From the NCBI GenBank assembly GCA_024679065.1, contig JAGIQG010000002.1, forward strand, positions 98,146,001 to 98,210,000: 64,000 bases of DNA, written 5' to 3'. Of the stretch, positions 1-11,769 are shown in pieces (position 1 is the stretch's first letter; each line of letters starts with the position of its first letter). The notes under the pieces were generated by a model. The model had not been told where the DNA came from. It was given only the letters and a program-made list of their open reading frames with translations, and did not search any database. This stretch comes from Sphyrna mokarran. Its lineage: Eukaryota. The translations under genes and the position numbers were made by a program.

Positions 1-209
1 ATTCCTGGGATTTTTGATACATACCAGTGCAAGTGAGAATGCAACAACAGTTGATGGGGCTGATTAAAAATTAGGCATATCACTAAGGAGTAAGCCCCAC
101 AATTTCTATCTTACCGTGATATGAAATGATTGCTCCACAGACTACATTCAACACTTTGGACATTCCCTGAATCACATCAGGACAGGTATGAGTATTGGCT
201 CTCTTAGAC

Positions 210-411
210 CATGATGTGGAGATGCCGGTGCTGGACTGGGGTAAACACAGTAAAAAATCTTACAACACCAGGTTAAAGTCTAACAGGTTTATCTGGTAGT
301 AAACGCCATTAGCTTTCGGCACCTGACGAAAGGACAAACCTGAAAGCTACTGGCGTTTACTACCAAATAAATCTGTTGGCCTTTAATCTGATGTTGTGAG
401 ACTTCCTACTG
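210..411. mobile_element. Fold-back Penelope-type pseudo-LTR mini-element with central hammerhead-like core
   Basis: ~80-bp imperfect inverted arms around CACCTGACGA...GAAAGCTA; 8-bp direct repeat TCTTAGAC at 202-209 and 412-419. Confidence 0.8.
319..352 (+). ncRNA. Minimal type-I hammerhead ribozyme-like motif (partly degenerate)
   Basis: CAC-CUGACGA-A-AGG/ACAAA/CCU-GAAA-GCUA-CUG; core CUGANGA/GAAA intact, stem I has a mismatch; activity not shown. Confidence 0.55.
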
Positions 412-559
412 TCTTAGACTATCCATATCTTGGGACCATCAACATTAGAAGCAGCAGTAGCACCAGCCAGGCATTGGCAGGCCTGCAGCAAGACAGCAAA
501 AGAGGAAGCAGCAGAGGCATGTAACAAGTAGGAAGTCACACCCTGATACAGGTGATAAT

Positions 560-965
560 CTAAGGCTGAGTCTGTTGAATTATAAGAACAGAAGTCTTCT
601 GCAGAGACTCAGGTTGCCATATAGATGCTGGCATACATCTGCAGCCTTCTGAGGAAGAATGGCACCCTTTGGCTCAGGTGGGCACAATGCCAGTGGCTAT
701 AAAAGTGACCAATGCCTTCAATGCATTTGCCTCTTGCAGGCTTAAGCAGGAACTTCAAGTTGGCGGCCCCTAAATGCATAAGACAAGTTTATTTGTCAGG
801 ACTGTCAGTTATGATGGTGGTGATACCAATTTGAATGAGCAGGGGCTCAGGCTGTGTCTCGGGTTGGCTTTCTCATGTGTGCAGGACATTATGAGCTGTA
901 CAGGCGTGTATCAAGGAACTTCTAGATCAACCAATGATGAGTATTCATCAAATGATAAGACCAAG
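560..965 (+). pseudogene. Decayed PIF/Harbinger (HARBI1-like) transposase fragment
   Basis: From 687 MPVAIKVTNAFNAFAS (cf. LPVAVKVTxALNFFASG), later VQDIMSCTGV (cf. VQGxIDCTHV); frameshifted. Confidence 0.6.
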
Positions 966-966
966 T

Positions 967-1200
967 GACTGTATGCAGCAGAGAAATTGAAGGACGGTCA
1001 CTGGGGATGCAGAGGTAACAGTGCAGGAGCAGGAAGAGAGGCCACTGCAGTGATTCTATGATTGGATGGATAAGAATGGAATTAAGAGCAGTTTCACCCA
1101 GCCGGATGTCATAGGAAAGAGGTTCAAGAAGGGTGTGCAGTCAACGGTGTTAACGGCTGTAGATAGATTAAGTAGGATGAGGAGGGGAGGGCTTGTCACA
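967..1200 (-). mobile_element. L2-like LINE RT fragment
   Basis: Reverse strand reads LLILLNLSTAVNTVD (cf. LLDLSAAFDTVD). Confidence 0.6.
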
Positions 1201-1359
1201 ATCATAACCATAGAACATCCAAGAATGCGCAAGATGAAAGAAAGTGCACAGTAATAAATCTTACGTGATTTTGCTAAAAATCACAAACTTCACAACATAA
1301 TGTTTCCTCAATCATCCATGCTTAAACATTTGCTGAACTACAGAGATTTGTTCTTTTTT

Positions 1360-1710
1360 GCTGAGAGGCTGTTTCTCCTGGCTGGAGGCTTTAGAACTAG
1401 GACTCATAGCCTTATAATAAAGGGTGAGTCCACAATTAGATATCCATCACATCACTTCTCATAGCTAATTAGCTATCAACAATTAGAGGATTGTGAATCT
1501 TTGGAATTCTCTGCCAAGTGCACTGTCAATGTTCAGTAGATCAGCATCCAAAGCTGAAATTGATGCATCTGACTGCTAAAGGATTTAAGGGATAGGAGGA
1601 TAATGCAAGAAAGTGAAGTTAATGTAGAAGGTCGGCTATGATCTTCTGAATAGCAGAATAGGCTCAATGACCAAACTCCCAACTCTTGCTCTTATTTCTT
1701 ATGTTCTTAA
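1360..1710 (+). mobile_element. CR1 LINE 3' end fragment
   Basis: gtgaatctttggaattctctgcc motif and TTCTTATGTTCTTA tail. Confidence 0.75.
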
Positions 1711-2362
1711 GTTTTTAAATGGCTCCTTTCTCCATCATCTCTGTTGCCACACTTACTGCTACCAAATTGCTTGAGAGTAACTTGTTGCAGATCAGTGTGG
1801 CACTGTAAAGTCAAGGCTAAGATCCTTTTCAAGGCACCAATTACTTTGGCATCCAGATCCTGCATGGCCATGGTTAGTTTGACATGGAGTCATTTGATTG
1901 TCACAAATATCTTCCACGGCTCTGGCCATTAACCCACTTTCAAAAGTATTCCTCTGCCCCCTCAGCAATTGTGGTCAAGGCAATTGAAACTCTTGTCAGC
2001 ACATCACATATTCTCTAGTGCTTTGCAGTGATTGTCCTTTTTGTCGATGGTCTCAGAGTACACCACTTCATTTCAGCTGATTGGAGCCCGGAAAGGGCAG
2101 ACTATTCACTACTATCGTCTTCTGCTCATTTGTGAAGCATTAGTAAGTCACCAGGTGAAAACTCAACTTTCTGTCTAATCTCCAAATCTTGTGCACATTT
2201 GGAAGAAATGAGATCCTCTGAGGATTTGTCCTCCACAAGGTCCAATGACTCCTGTGCACAGGAAGGTGGATGAACAGACAGGAGGGCGAGAGAGCGCACT
2301 GAAAGAAAATAATGGGTGTGCCAGCAAGATAACTGGCTGTGAGAAGTGATGTGATGGATATT

Positions 2363-2520
2363 ATAGAATCCCTACAGTGCAGAAGGCCATTCAGCCCATT
2401 GAGCCTGCATTGACAACAATCCCATCCAGGTCCGATCTCTATAATATATCTACCCTGCTAATCTTCCTGTCACTAAGGGTCAATCTAGCATGGCCAATCC
2501 TCCTAAACTGCAGATCTGTG
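2363..2520 (-). mobile_element. SINE 3' portion with CR1-derived tail (HE1/V-SINE-like)
   Basis: Similar to copies at 26219, 31995 and 52490 (tagaatccctacagtgcagaagg...ccattc). Confidence 0.7.
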
Positions 2521-3799
2521 TTAGACTTAACAAGGTAAAATGCAGTGAAGTAGTGGAAGGTGGGGGAGGAGGTCTTCATGCTTGATACAAAGCACAATGT
2601 AGGTGAATGGGCAACTTTATTCATCTTTCCCATCCTAGTTAGGTAATTAAAGTTCTGTTCGATGGGCAGAAAGTCTGCCCTTCCAATAATGTGGCAAAAT
2701 ACTTCTACTGCTAAATTCCCGGGCCACCTCCAGCAATCCTTTCTATGTGTCAACAGCAGGTTTCTACCTCCTGTTGCTGTGCTAGAATATCACTCTATAG
2801 CTCTGTTGTCTCCAGCAGTATATAAAAAGAGTCATCAGTCAACCCAAGGCATGTCCTTTGATCATTCTGAATTCATTTTCAAAGTTCTTTCAACTTCTAA
2901 CTCATCTAAATTTGATCTTTGTATTGGCCTTTGAAACACTGGAGTTGAGATGATGTCATGAGAGGTCTCATTATGTTTACTGCCAACAAGCACTACCCAA
3001 GCCAGAAACAAAATAACAATGAGGTGTCTGAGTTAAAGCACCACAGAAATACTCACTGATCTTACATCTGAATTTCCCATATGATATCAGATGCCTCCCG
3101 TTCCCAGTGCTACTCCAAGTTAATATCAGGATATGACATTGTGTTCAGCAATTTTTAACATTAATATTTGTTTCTTTTATCATATGAAAAACAGATGGAA
3201 AGTTAGATTGACCTTTCATAAATTATGGTCATATTTTTATTCATCTACTTAATATGGTTCCTGCATGAGTGTAATCAATAGAGTTAATTTACATCAGTAA
3301 TAAGACAGCAGAAGCATTAACCAATTAAAAGTGCTTCAGGAAATTCCAGTAATGAATAGTGATGGATTAATAATGTGGTTTAAGCTGAATGTTGTAGAAA
3401 GGCAAAATGATTATGAACAGAACGGAATAGAGTTCACCTCATCGCTTAAATTACAAAACAAAACGGGAGTTTCATTGACATGTTTAATTTAACAATGGAA
3501 GTATTTATTTTATTATTTTATTAGGGGAGTGGAGTCTGTCAATGCTGCCATGAATTACAGGATCTACATTTAAACCAAGTCAGAATTAAGAAACTCACTT
3601 AAAGATTTTACAGAATGGTTGGCATGGAAATGGAAAACCATCACATTCACAAGTGATGCTCTACTGAGGATGGAGCTGATGTACTTTGATGGTGCAGAAT
3701 ATTAGGGAACTGTACCCCATCTGTGCAGCCTATTCTCAACGTGTGCCGGGAGGGAGCATGCCAGTATCAAATTGTAGTGTGGGTTCAATGTGCAGGAGA

Positions 3800-4160
3800 A
3801 TAATGAGACTGCAAGGAGGAAGAGGATCACAGAACAGCGAGCATGGAAGAGAGCATGGGGAAAGAGAGATTGCTGGAGAAAGAGATGTCATAGTGAAAGA
3901 GAGATTGCAGGGGAAAGCAGATCCACTGAATGAAGAACATCACAGGTAGAGAAATGACAGCAAAAACTCACAGGGAAGATTGATTATGGGGAAAGATTGG
4001 TCATGGGGAAAAAGATATGAGTGGAGAAGAAAGTTTGCAAGGATGAGGATTCTGGTGGAGAAAGATTATAGGAAAGAATAATTGTACGGAGGAATGATCA
4101 TAGGGAAGAGAGCTCGCAAGGGGAAGAAAGAAGGCCAGGGAAATAGCGATAACTGGAAAA
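3800..4160 (+). repeat. Degenerate purine-rich tandem repeat (~15-18 bp unit), resumes at 5323-5460
   Basis: Repeated GGGAAAGAGAGAT-like units on both sides of a CR1 fragment. Confidence 0.6.
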
Positions 4161-4162
4161 GA

Positions 4163-5322
4163 AAGGTCTTTGATAAGATACCACATGGTAGGTTGTTGCA
4201 TAAGGTTAAATCTCATGGGATGCAGGGTGAGATATCTAAATGGATATAAAATTGGCTACTTGCCAGAAGCCAGAAGATGATTGTAGAGGGTTGTTTTTTA
4301 AACTAGAGGCCTGTGACCAATGGTGTGCCTCAGGGATCAGTGCTGGGTCCACCGTTATTTGTCATTTATATTAATAGTTTGGATGAGAATATAAGAGGTA
4401 TCGTTAGTAGATTTGCAGATGATATCAAGATTAGTGCATAGTGAAGAAAGTTATCTCTGATTGCGACAGGATCTTGATCAATTGGGCCAGTGGGCTGACG
4501 AATGGTAGATGGAGTTTAATCTAGATAAATGCGAGGCGATGCATTTTGGTAAATTGAACCAGGGCAGGACTTACGCAGTTAATGGTAGGCAATGGATAGA
4601 CTTACAGAACAAAGAGATCTAGAGGTACATGTTCACAGCTCCTTGAAAGTGGAATCACAGGTGGATAGAATGGTAAAGAAGGCATTCAGCATGCTTTGTT
4701 TCATTGGTCAGAACATTGAATACAGGAGTTTAGGACATCTTGTTGAAGTTCTACAAGACATTGGTATGGCCACATTTGGAATATTGTGTGCAGTTCTGGT
4801 CACCCTATTGTAGAAAGGCTATTATTAAACTAGAAGGAGTGCAGAAAAGATTTACTATGATGCTACTGGGACTTGATGGATTGAGTTATAAGGAGTGGCT
4901 GAATAGGCTATGACTTTTTTCTCTGGAGCGTAGAAGGTTGAGGGATGATCTTATAGAGGTCTATAAAATGATGAGAGGCACAGATCATTTTGATAGTCAA
5001 TATCTTTTCCCAATGGTAGGGAAGTTTAAAACTAGAGGGCACAGTTTTAAGATGAGAGGGAAGAGCTACAAAAATGTCCAGAGAGGCAACTTTTTCACAC
5101 AAAAGTTGTGAGTGTCTGGAACAAGCTGCCAGGAGTAGTAATGGAGACGTGTACCATTTTGTCTTTTAAAAAACATTTAGATTGTTACATGGGTAAGATG
5201 GGTATAGAGGGATATGGGCCAAATGCGAGCAATTGGGATTAGCTTAGGGGTTTAAAACAAAAAGGGCACCATGGGCAGTTAAGCCAAAGGACCTGTTTCC
5301 ATGTATTAAACCTCTTTGACTC
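4163..5322 (+). mobile_element. 5'-truncated decayed CR1 LINE (RT to 3' tail)
   Basis: [14 protein letters not shown] and tgtgcagttctggtcacc motifs; colinear with 41460-42600. Confidence 0.9.
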
Positions 5323-7240
5323 TAAGAGAGATGATGGCCGATAGATACTGCAGGGAAAGAGATGGCTAGGAAACATGAGTGCAGGAGAGAGAGACTATCA
5401 GCGAGACAGTTCCTGGATGGAGAGTGATTACAGGGTAAAAAGATAGTTGAGGCAGAGCAAGTACTAATCTGACCCCTGGGGACAAACTGCAAATACGCAC
5501 ATTCACATGGACTATGTGACTGCCCATTTATTTTTTCAAATTTAGCTGTTCCTGACATTCTGTTGTTCATTTTTGGGAGAGGAGCTCAAATCCACCACTT
5601 CCACTGGGGTCCTCTCCCTAATATTCAAATTCTTTGAATTGAAGAAATGAAAAAAGACAGATATACTATACAGCTGATTCAATATTAAATATTACTTACT
5701 CACTTTAAAGTTTTATCGAAAGTAAAAATTATCTCCAAGCTTATCAATCTGGCCTCAGTTTGAGCCCAATACCTAGAATGTGGAAACTCCCAGCACAAAA
5801 TTCCTGTGTCTTGAACAGCATAATAACTACTTAAGGTAGAAAACACAGAAGCTTACATAACAGGATCTGGCCATTCTGCATTGTAATGGCAAAATTGTCC
5901 ACCAGGCATGAAGATCTTAGTCCAATATCAGCTTAGATCTTCATGAAAGGCAAGAAAACATGCACGAGAGATTCAGAGGAATGGATAGTGTAACTCACTT
6001 GTGTTTTTTCCAGTATAAGTCCATGAACAGTACATGTCTTGTTAACTCAGCCTGGCCTCAGACCAAGTGATCCGTCCACAGAAAGGAAGGATACAGATAA
6101 AGAAAGTGGGGGATGCTCTAATAAATGAGAAAGAGTCTGTATAAAGTGAAATGGAAAGTGGTTTGAAGGATAACTTTCTGATTTGTGCTCCTGACAGGAA
6201 GCATCACCCATTGGATGCAAATTGGAAATACTAACTCAATAATCACAAATGTCCTGCTCCTCTGTGGGAAGGAATCCCTGCAGGGAGTGCAAAGTTAAAG
6301 GACTACTCATACATATATTTGAATATGGCTGAAATGACAAATAGAGAACTCACATAAAACTGCCCACTCGGCAAGTCACAACTCTTTATTATACCAGACA
6401 TTGCTAAAATGATCCCAGGAAACAGTGTTATAAAAGTGTCTGGTGTGAGGGGGGCGCGTAATTGTGGTCCTAGAAAGGGTGCATAATACGGTCTCTACAA
6501 TACTACCAACGTAATTGATGGTATCATTAAAAGACATAATTCAACTCTTGCACTTGTATATTCCACGCAAATGACATCGGCAATAACTAAACATTTGCAC
6601 CTAATATATACAACTTGTTTGTGGGAAATACCTGTAGATAAAATAATTGCAATAACTCATCAGTATTGTAATTATAGTAATTTATTTCCCACAATACTTA
6701 ACATTTTACTATAGAGCATAAAATAGACATTATAGCAACAGCATGCACAAGGAAGGTAATATGCAGTAATTCTTTGTGTAATAGGGGAGAGCAGGCCTTA
6801 AATTCATCCATTTGCTTTTTTTCACTGTGAGCGGATTTTATTACTTTAATAAATAATCTGCACTGACCACTCTTTTGTATTCAGTATTTTTCATGTGGCA
6901 GCAGAAAGTCAGCAGGCGAATGCATTACATTTAATCACTCGCTTCTAGATTTATAATCAACAACCTGTTTACAAATTTATAAACCCAGTCACGCATGTTG
7001 ATATATAAAACATCTTGTGAATGAAATTCCCAAGACAATCTATTATTAAACAAGAGTTCAGCACAGTTGAGTAAAAAAACACCAATAGCAGGCACAGATA
7101 TATTGATTTAGTATCTCTATAAAGGAAGGTTTTATTTCAGAGGTGCATGTTTTCTAGGATTTTAGAGATGCCTGCCAAATGATAGCATAGTTCCAATTGT
7201 ACTATGTGTTTTTCATTGAATTTGTACTAGAGCAGTTTAC

Positions 7241-7291
7241 CTTCAGTCGATCGACCTCTACTTTTGAGCATGTAGCGTGGTATGACAGCAG
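7241..7291 (-). CDS. pde11a: PDE11A coding exon (51 bp): LLSYHATCSKVEVDRLK
   Basis: tttattatttcag|CTG CTG...CTG AAG|gtaaac, phase 0-0; matches human VLSYHATCSKAEVDKFK. Confidence 0.94.
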
Positions 7292-7681
7292 CTGAAATAA
7301 TAAACAGAAATAATACTGAAATTTATTTAAAAATATATACTGCATATGGTAAAAGAAATCAAAACATATAATTACATCATTTCCACTTAACATCATGATG
7401 AGTCACATAGGGGCAGAAATTGCTTCTGGCCATCCTTGTGTAGAAAACCACAGGCATGCAGAGTGTGCTCACTCCAAACAGCAGATAACCCACAAATTGA
7501 GCTTCAGGCCTTCTTAACATTATTGGCGTGTGCTGTTGGTGCTTGTCCATCTCCACAGTTAGCTTGCACATTTGAAGGCAACAAATGTAGCCCACTTATT
7601 TCATCAACAGCAAATTGAAGATAAGTGCCTGTGACGGCACGCAGCTGATGTGTGGTGCTGGGGAGAGGATATTAGAAGGTG

Positions 7682-7726
7682 TGGGGTGGGGTGGGGGGGG
7701 GGGGGGGGGGGGGGGGGGGGGTAGGG
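7682..7726 (+). repeat. Poly-G tract (29 G at 7693-7721) with flanking GGGGT units
   Basis: Read directly. Confidence 0.9.
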
Positions 7727-8004
7727 AGTGATGGAGGTTTGAGGGGGTGGGGTGGCACTATGAGCACTTTGGAGTTGAGGAGCACTCCTGCATAGTAACA
7801 CTTTGGTGGTAGCTGCTGTAGGATGTTGAAAAGAAGCAGGATGGGCCCCTGCTCCATTCATCACTAACAATTTTCTCGAGGGGTCCTAAAAACACGTGCC
7901 TGGCCCCACAACACCATGTATGAAGCCTAATGCCTGACTTAGGTGGCTTCGTAGAACATCTGAAAAAAATTGAGCAAATGCAGAGATTGTTTTACACCCA
8001 AAAA

Positions 8005-8170
8005 ATGACACCTTGCATTTATATAGCATCTTTAATGAAGTAAAATGCTCCAAAGTGCTTCTCAAGAATATATTTAGACAAAATGTAACACTAAACCACT
8101 GAGCCACATACTGAGATATTAAGATGACCCAAAGCTTGTTCAATGAGAAAGGTTAAGGAGAGTTTTTAAA
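8005..8170 (-). mobile_element. L2-like LINE 3' end
   Basis: cttgcatttatatagcatcttt...caaagtgctt tail; similar to 11770-11900. Confidence 0.6.
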
Positions 8171-8769
8171 AAGGGTGCAATGTATAACAATTTTTAACTC
8201 ATCATCTTCCATTGATTCTTCTTCTCCAAAATGAAAGAAATGTAATTCTTTTTACTATAAAGGCAATGGTCTTTTAAATGAGCAGGAAGTGCACATTTTA
8301 AAATACACTTCATTCTGCATTTTTTTTTATGATATTCCTTTTCACACCAAACAAAAGTCAATGATAAATTCATCCTGTCAGCATTCCAAAGCAGAAAATA
8401 GAAATTTTAAAAATGTTTTGCACACTGACCACATAATTTAGTGTTTCAACACAAGTTTCACAAATGGTTATTTGCATATAGCTTTTCATTGATTTGAATC
8501 TTATTTTGAAAAAAACAGTTCCACTGGGTTTATTTTAATAATACCTTCATTCAGGGTCAATATATTTAAACAACCAAACAACTGCTGTGAGCTCATTTAG
8601 TATCTGAAACAGTCAGATAAGATTCTCAGTTTCTTCTTTACAGAAAGCTGGGATGGGGAAGTATGTGGCAGCTGGATAGCTGTTAAGTTCCCTAACACAA
8701 ACCTTATCAGCTGATCATATTACTGGCTTTGATACCAGTTCCCTTACATGAGCAAAGTTCAATTAGAAA

Positions 8770-9590
8770 TCATCTCTTGATCCATGTAACCACTACATAA
8801 CTGGAGTCAATGGAAATCAGAGGGAAATCCTCTACTAGTTGGAGTCTTACCTACCACAAATGAAGATGGTTGTGGTGATCGGTCAGTCAACTCGGTTCGA
8901 GGACATCAATGCTGGGGTTCCTCAGAATAGTTTCCCAGGCCAAACCATCTTCAGCTGCTTTGTCAATGACCTTTCTTGTCATAAGGTCAAAAGTGGGAAT
9001 GCTTGCTGAAAACTGCACAACATTCGGCGCTATTTGCAACTCCTGAGACACTTCTGAAGACAATATCCAAATACAGCAAGATCTGGACAACATCCAGGCT
9101 TGGGGTGACAACTGACAAGAAACTTTCATATACACAAGTGCCAGGCAATGACCATTTTAAAGAAGAAAGTATCTAATCATCACCCTGAGTGACTCACTTC
9201 CTGACTCCTCAAAGCCTGTCCACCATCCACAAGGCACAAGTCAGGAATGTAATGGAATACTCCCCACCTGCCTGGATGGGTGCAGTTCCAACAATACTCA
9301 AGAATCTTGACACCAACCAGGACAAAGCAGCCCACCTGATTAGCACCCCATCCACAAACATTCACACCTTCCATCACAAATTTATAGTAGCAGCAATGTG
9401 TACCCTCTACAAGATGCACTTTAGGAACTCCTTAGACAGTGCCTTCCAAATCCACAACCAGTATAATCTAGAAAGACATGGTCAGCAAGTACATGGGAAC
9501 ACCACCATCTGGAAGTTCCCCTCAAAGCCAATACCATCCTGACTTGGAAACACATTGCTATTCAATCGCTGTTGCAGGGTCAAAATCCCA
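8770..9590 (+). mobile_element. Decayed LINE RT fragment (CR1/L2 group, distinct family, internal deletion)
   Basis: LESYL, AGVPQ, FSCFVNDL and LSTIHKAQVRNVMEYSPPAW motifs. Confidence 0.75.
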
Positions 9591-10164
9591 TTATGGGTAC
9601 AAGGCAAGTGGTTAAGGAAATGGCATTGAGGTATGAGGTGACATGGAAGTGGTTGAAAGGAAGCATAGAAGGCAACAGAGAGAAAGCAGAGTGGATTGCG
9701 GGAGGAAGGGGAGTAAGGAGATGTGAGGCATGAGGGCTAAAGGGCATAATTTTAAAAACAACCGGACTGAAATCCCAGACAACTGAAGTGGCCCTTATAA
9801 TTTGTCTGTCATGATATTCAAGTGCCCAATGAACACCTCCGACTTGCTTCCAAATTAGCAGACCTAACTCTATGCTGCTCCCTCCTCACTGGAGTGGAAA
9901 TTGGGTGTAAATTGGTAAATTTCCAAACATGAACTCAGTAGTGAAAATATAGCCCACAGAATTAATAAAATCAATCAAATTTCTGTCTGCCTAACACAAC
10001 AAAGGATAGCTAACGACAAGGACTAATACCTCAAATTTCTCCAGAGATTGACCATAGAAACAATAAAGAAATGGTGAAAATTAATAAAGGTAGCCATCTG
10101 CATAATTTCGATGGAGTTCTGCTGACCTTCCACTCATGTTCCAGCTGGAGACTGGAATATATGA

Positions 10165-10390
10165 GAATCATACAGTACAAAAGGAAAACATTTGGCTCAC
10201 TGTGGCTGTGTAAATTCTTTGAAAGATCTATCTAATTAGTCACACTCTCCTGCACTTTCCCAATTGCCCTACATTTTTTTATTCCTTTTTAATTATTAAT
10301 CAATTCCTTTTTGAAAGTTATTCTTGAATCTGCTTCTACCACTTCCAGACAGCGTATTCCAGATAGTTGCTTGAAAAATCTTCTCTTTAT
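10165..10390 (-). mobile_element. CR1 3' end fragment
   Basis: agaatcatacagtac tail and ttccagacagcgtattccagat motif. Confidence 0.55.
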
Positions 10391-10438
10391 CTTTTTTTTA
10401 TCTCAAATAACATGGGACCTGTCGAGAAAAAACACTTC

Positions 10439-11174
10439 AGAGAGGATTCTCCGCCATCCTGCACGCTTATGCAAATCACATTAGGGTTGGAGACTCTTGC
10501 AAGAGAAGCCACAACATGATTTGCACCAGGGAGAATTCATTTTGAGATTTTCTCTGCAAGGGCATGAACGAGATTAGCTCACTTAAATATGATTTGTTTT
10601 TATTCAGATTTGCCCGGCTCCTGGAATTCATCCATTCACCAATGCAATGTGAAATCTGTAGAAATCACTACTGGTCTCCACAAATAAAGACCAGACGTGA
10701 GGGTTTAGGGGCTAATGGAGTCCCTGGATGGTCTGAGACATGGCCCTGGCATTGTCAAGGGGCGGGGCCTAAAGGGGAGGACATGAGGGGAAAACCATAA
10801 TAGAGGGTCGGCGTGGGGGGAACCTCTGGCAAACCCATAGCAGGATTTCACTCAATGGACGGATGTGCACTGGTAGTGCTGATTTGTTGGTGGGGGGCGG
10901 AGGGGCTTAATGCCAGCAAATTGGGGGAGTGGGGTCTTTAACAGCGAGTAGGGGTGGTTCTGTAGTGTTGTCTGGAGATTGGGACACTCTTACGGTCTCA
11001 GAGGAACCAGCCTTGCCTGCACATCTGTTTCCTGGCAGGAATCATCCCAAGCTCGAATGAAATGTCTTAAGTGTGGGTGGATTGCAATCTGGATGGCACT
11101 GACCCACCCATGGGAATTTCACTGCTTTTCCTGCCAGGGCCAGTGCTTAGAAATGTTTTGGGAGAATTGCTTCC
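10439..11174. mobile_element. Non-autonomous DNA element (Harbinger-like TIRs)
   Basis: Ends GGATTCTCC...GGAGAATTG; internal similarity to 48096-48495. Confidence 0.45.
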
Positions 11175-11348
11175 TTTGCTTTTCCAGTAGATCACTGACT
11201 GATTACTGAAAATCCAAAAGAATTAATTTATCATGGGGAAAGAGAAAATTAAAATCGACTCCAAAATATTGCTCATTTTTATGATAAGCATCGGCTTTAA
11301 TCTGCACATAACCAAATAATATCTGTGAGAAAATATCAGTAACATATC

Positions 11349-11476
11349 GGCAGGTATTCTCCCATCCTGTCTACCACTGGAATTTTAGCTGGCGGGTTCC
11401 AGACAATGCGAAACCCCATTGACAGTCGGGCAGGAATTTCTGGCTTTTAGACTAACATGGCTGGAGAATTCCTACC
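11349..11476. mobile_element. 128-bp MITE
   Basis: TIR GGCAGGTATTCTCC / GGAGAATTCCTACC (12/14); inverted homologue at 45129-45256. Confidence 0.7.
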
Positions 11477-11769
11477 ATTGTTAATGAAAAGGACTTTAGA
11501 AGCAATGAGAACAGGCTACCACAAGAGGTCAGCAACAGTGAAACACTTCTTAAAAATATAAATAAAGGCACATTTAATAATAATACATTTAATAAGAAAT
11601 CTTTTCTTCCTTACCAGAATGATTTATAATTTGTCAGCATTTCTGAAATTTGATTCTTCCTATGAAAAGGCTGTCATTAATTTTACATAAAACCTCCTAT
11701 TATCTTATGAGAAAATTCGCTGAATTAGTGTGGGATTTGACGTCCTCTACTGATTCTTTTTCTTCATGG

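Noticed and set aside
1-7240. Next pde11a exon (AANIPL...KIDYE)
   Set aside because: No matching peptide with splice sites found by eye; probably outside the window.
7604-7870. Poly-proline ORFs
   Set aside because: Artefact of the poly-G tract.
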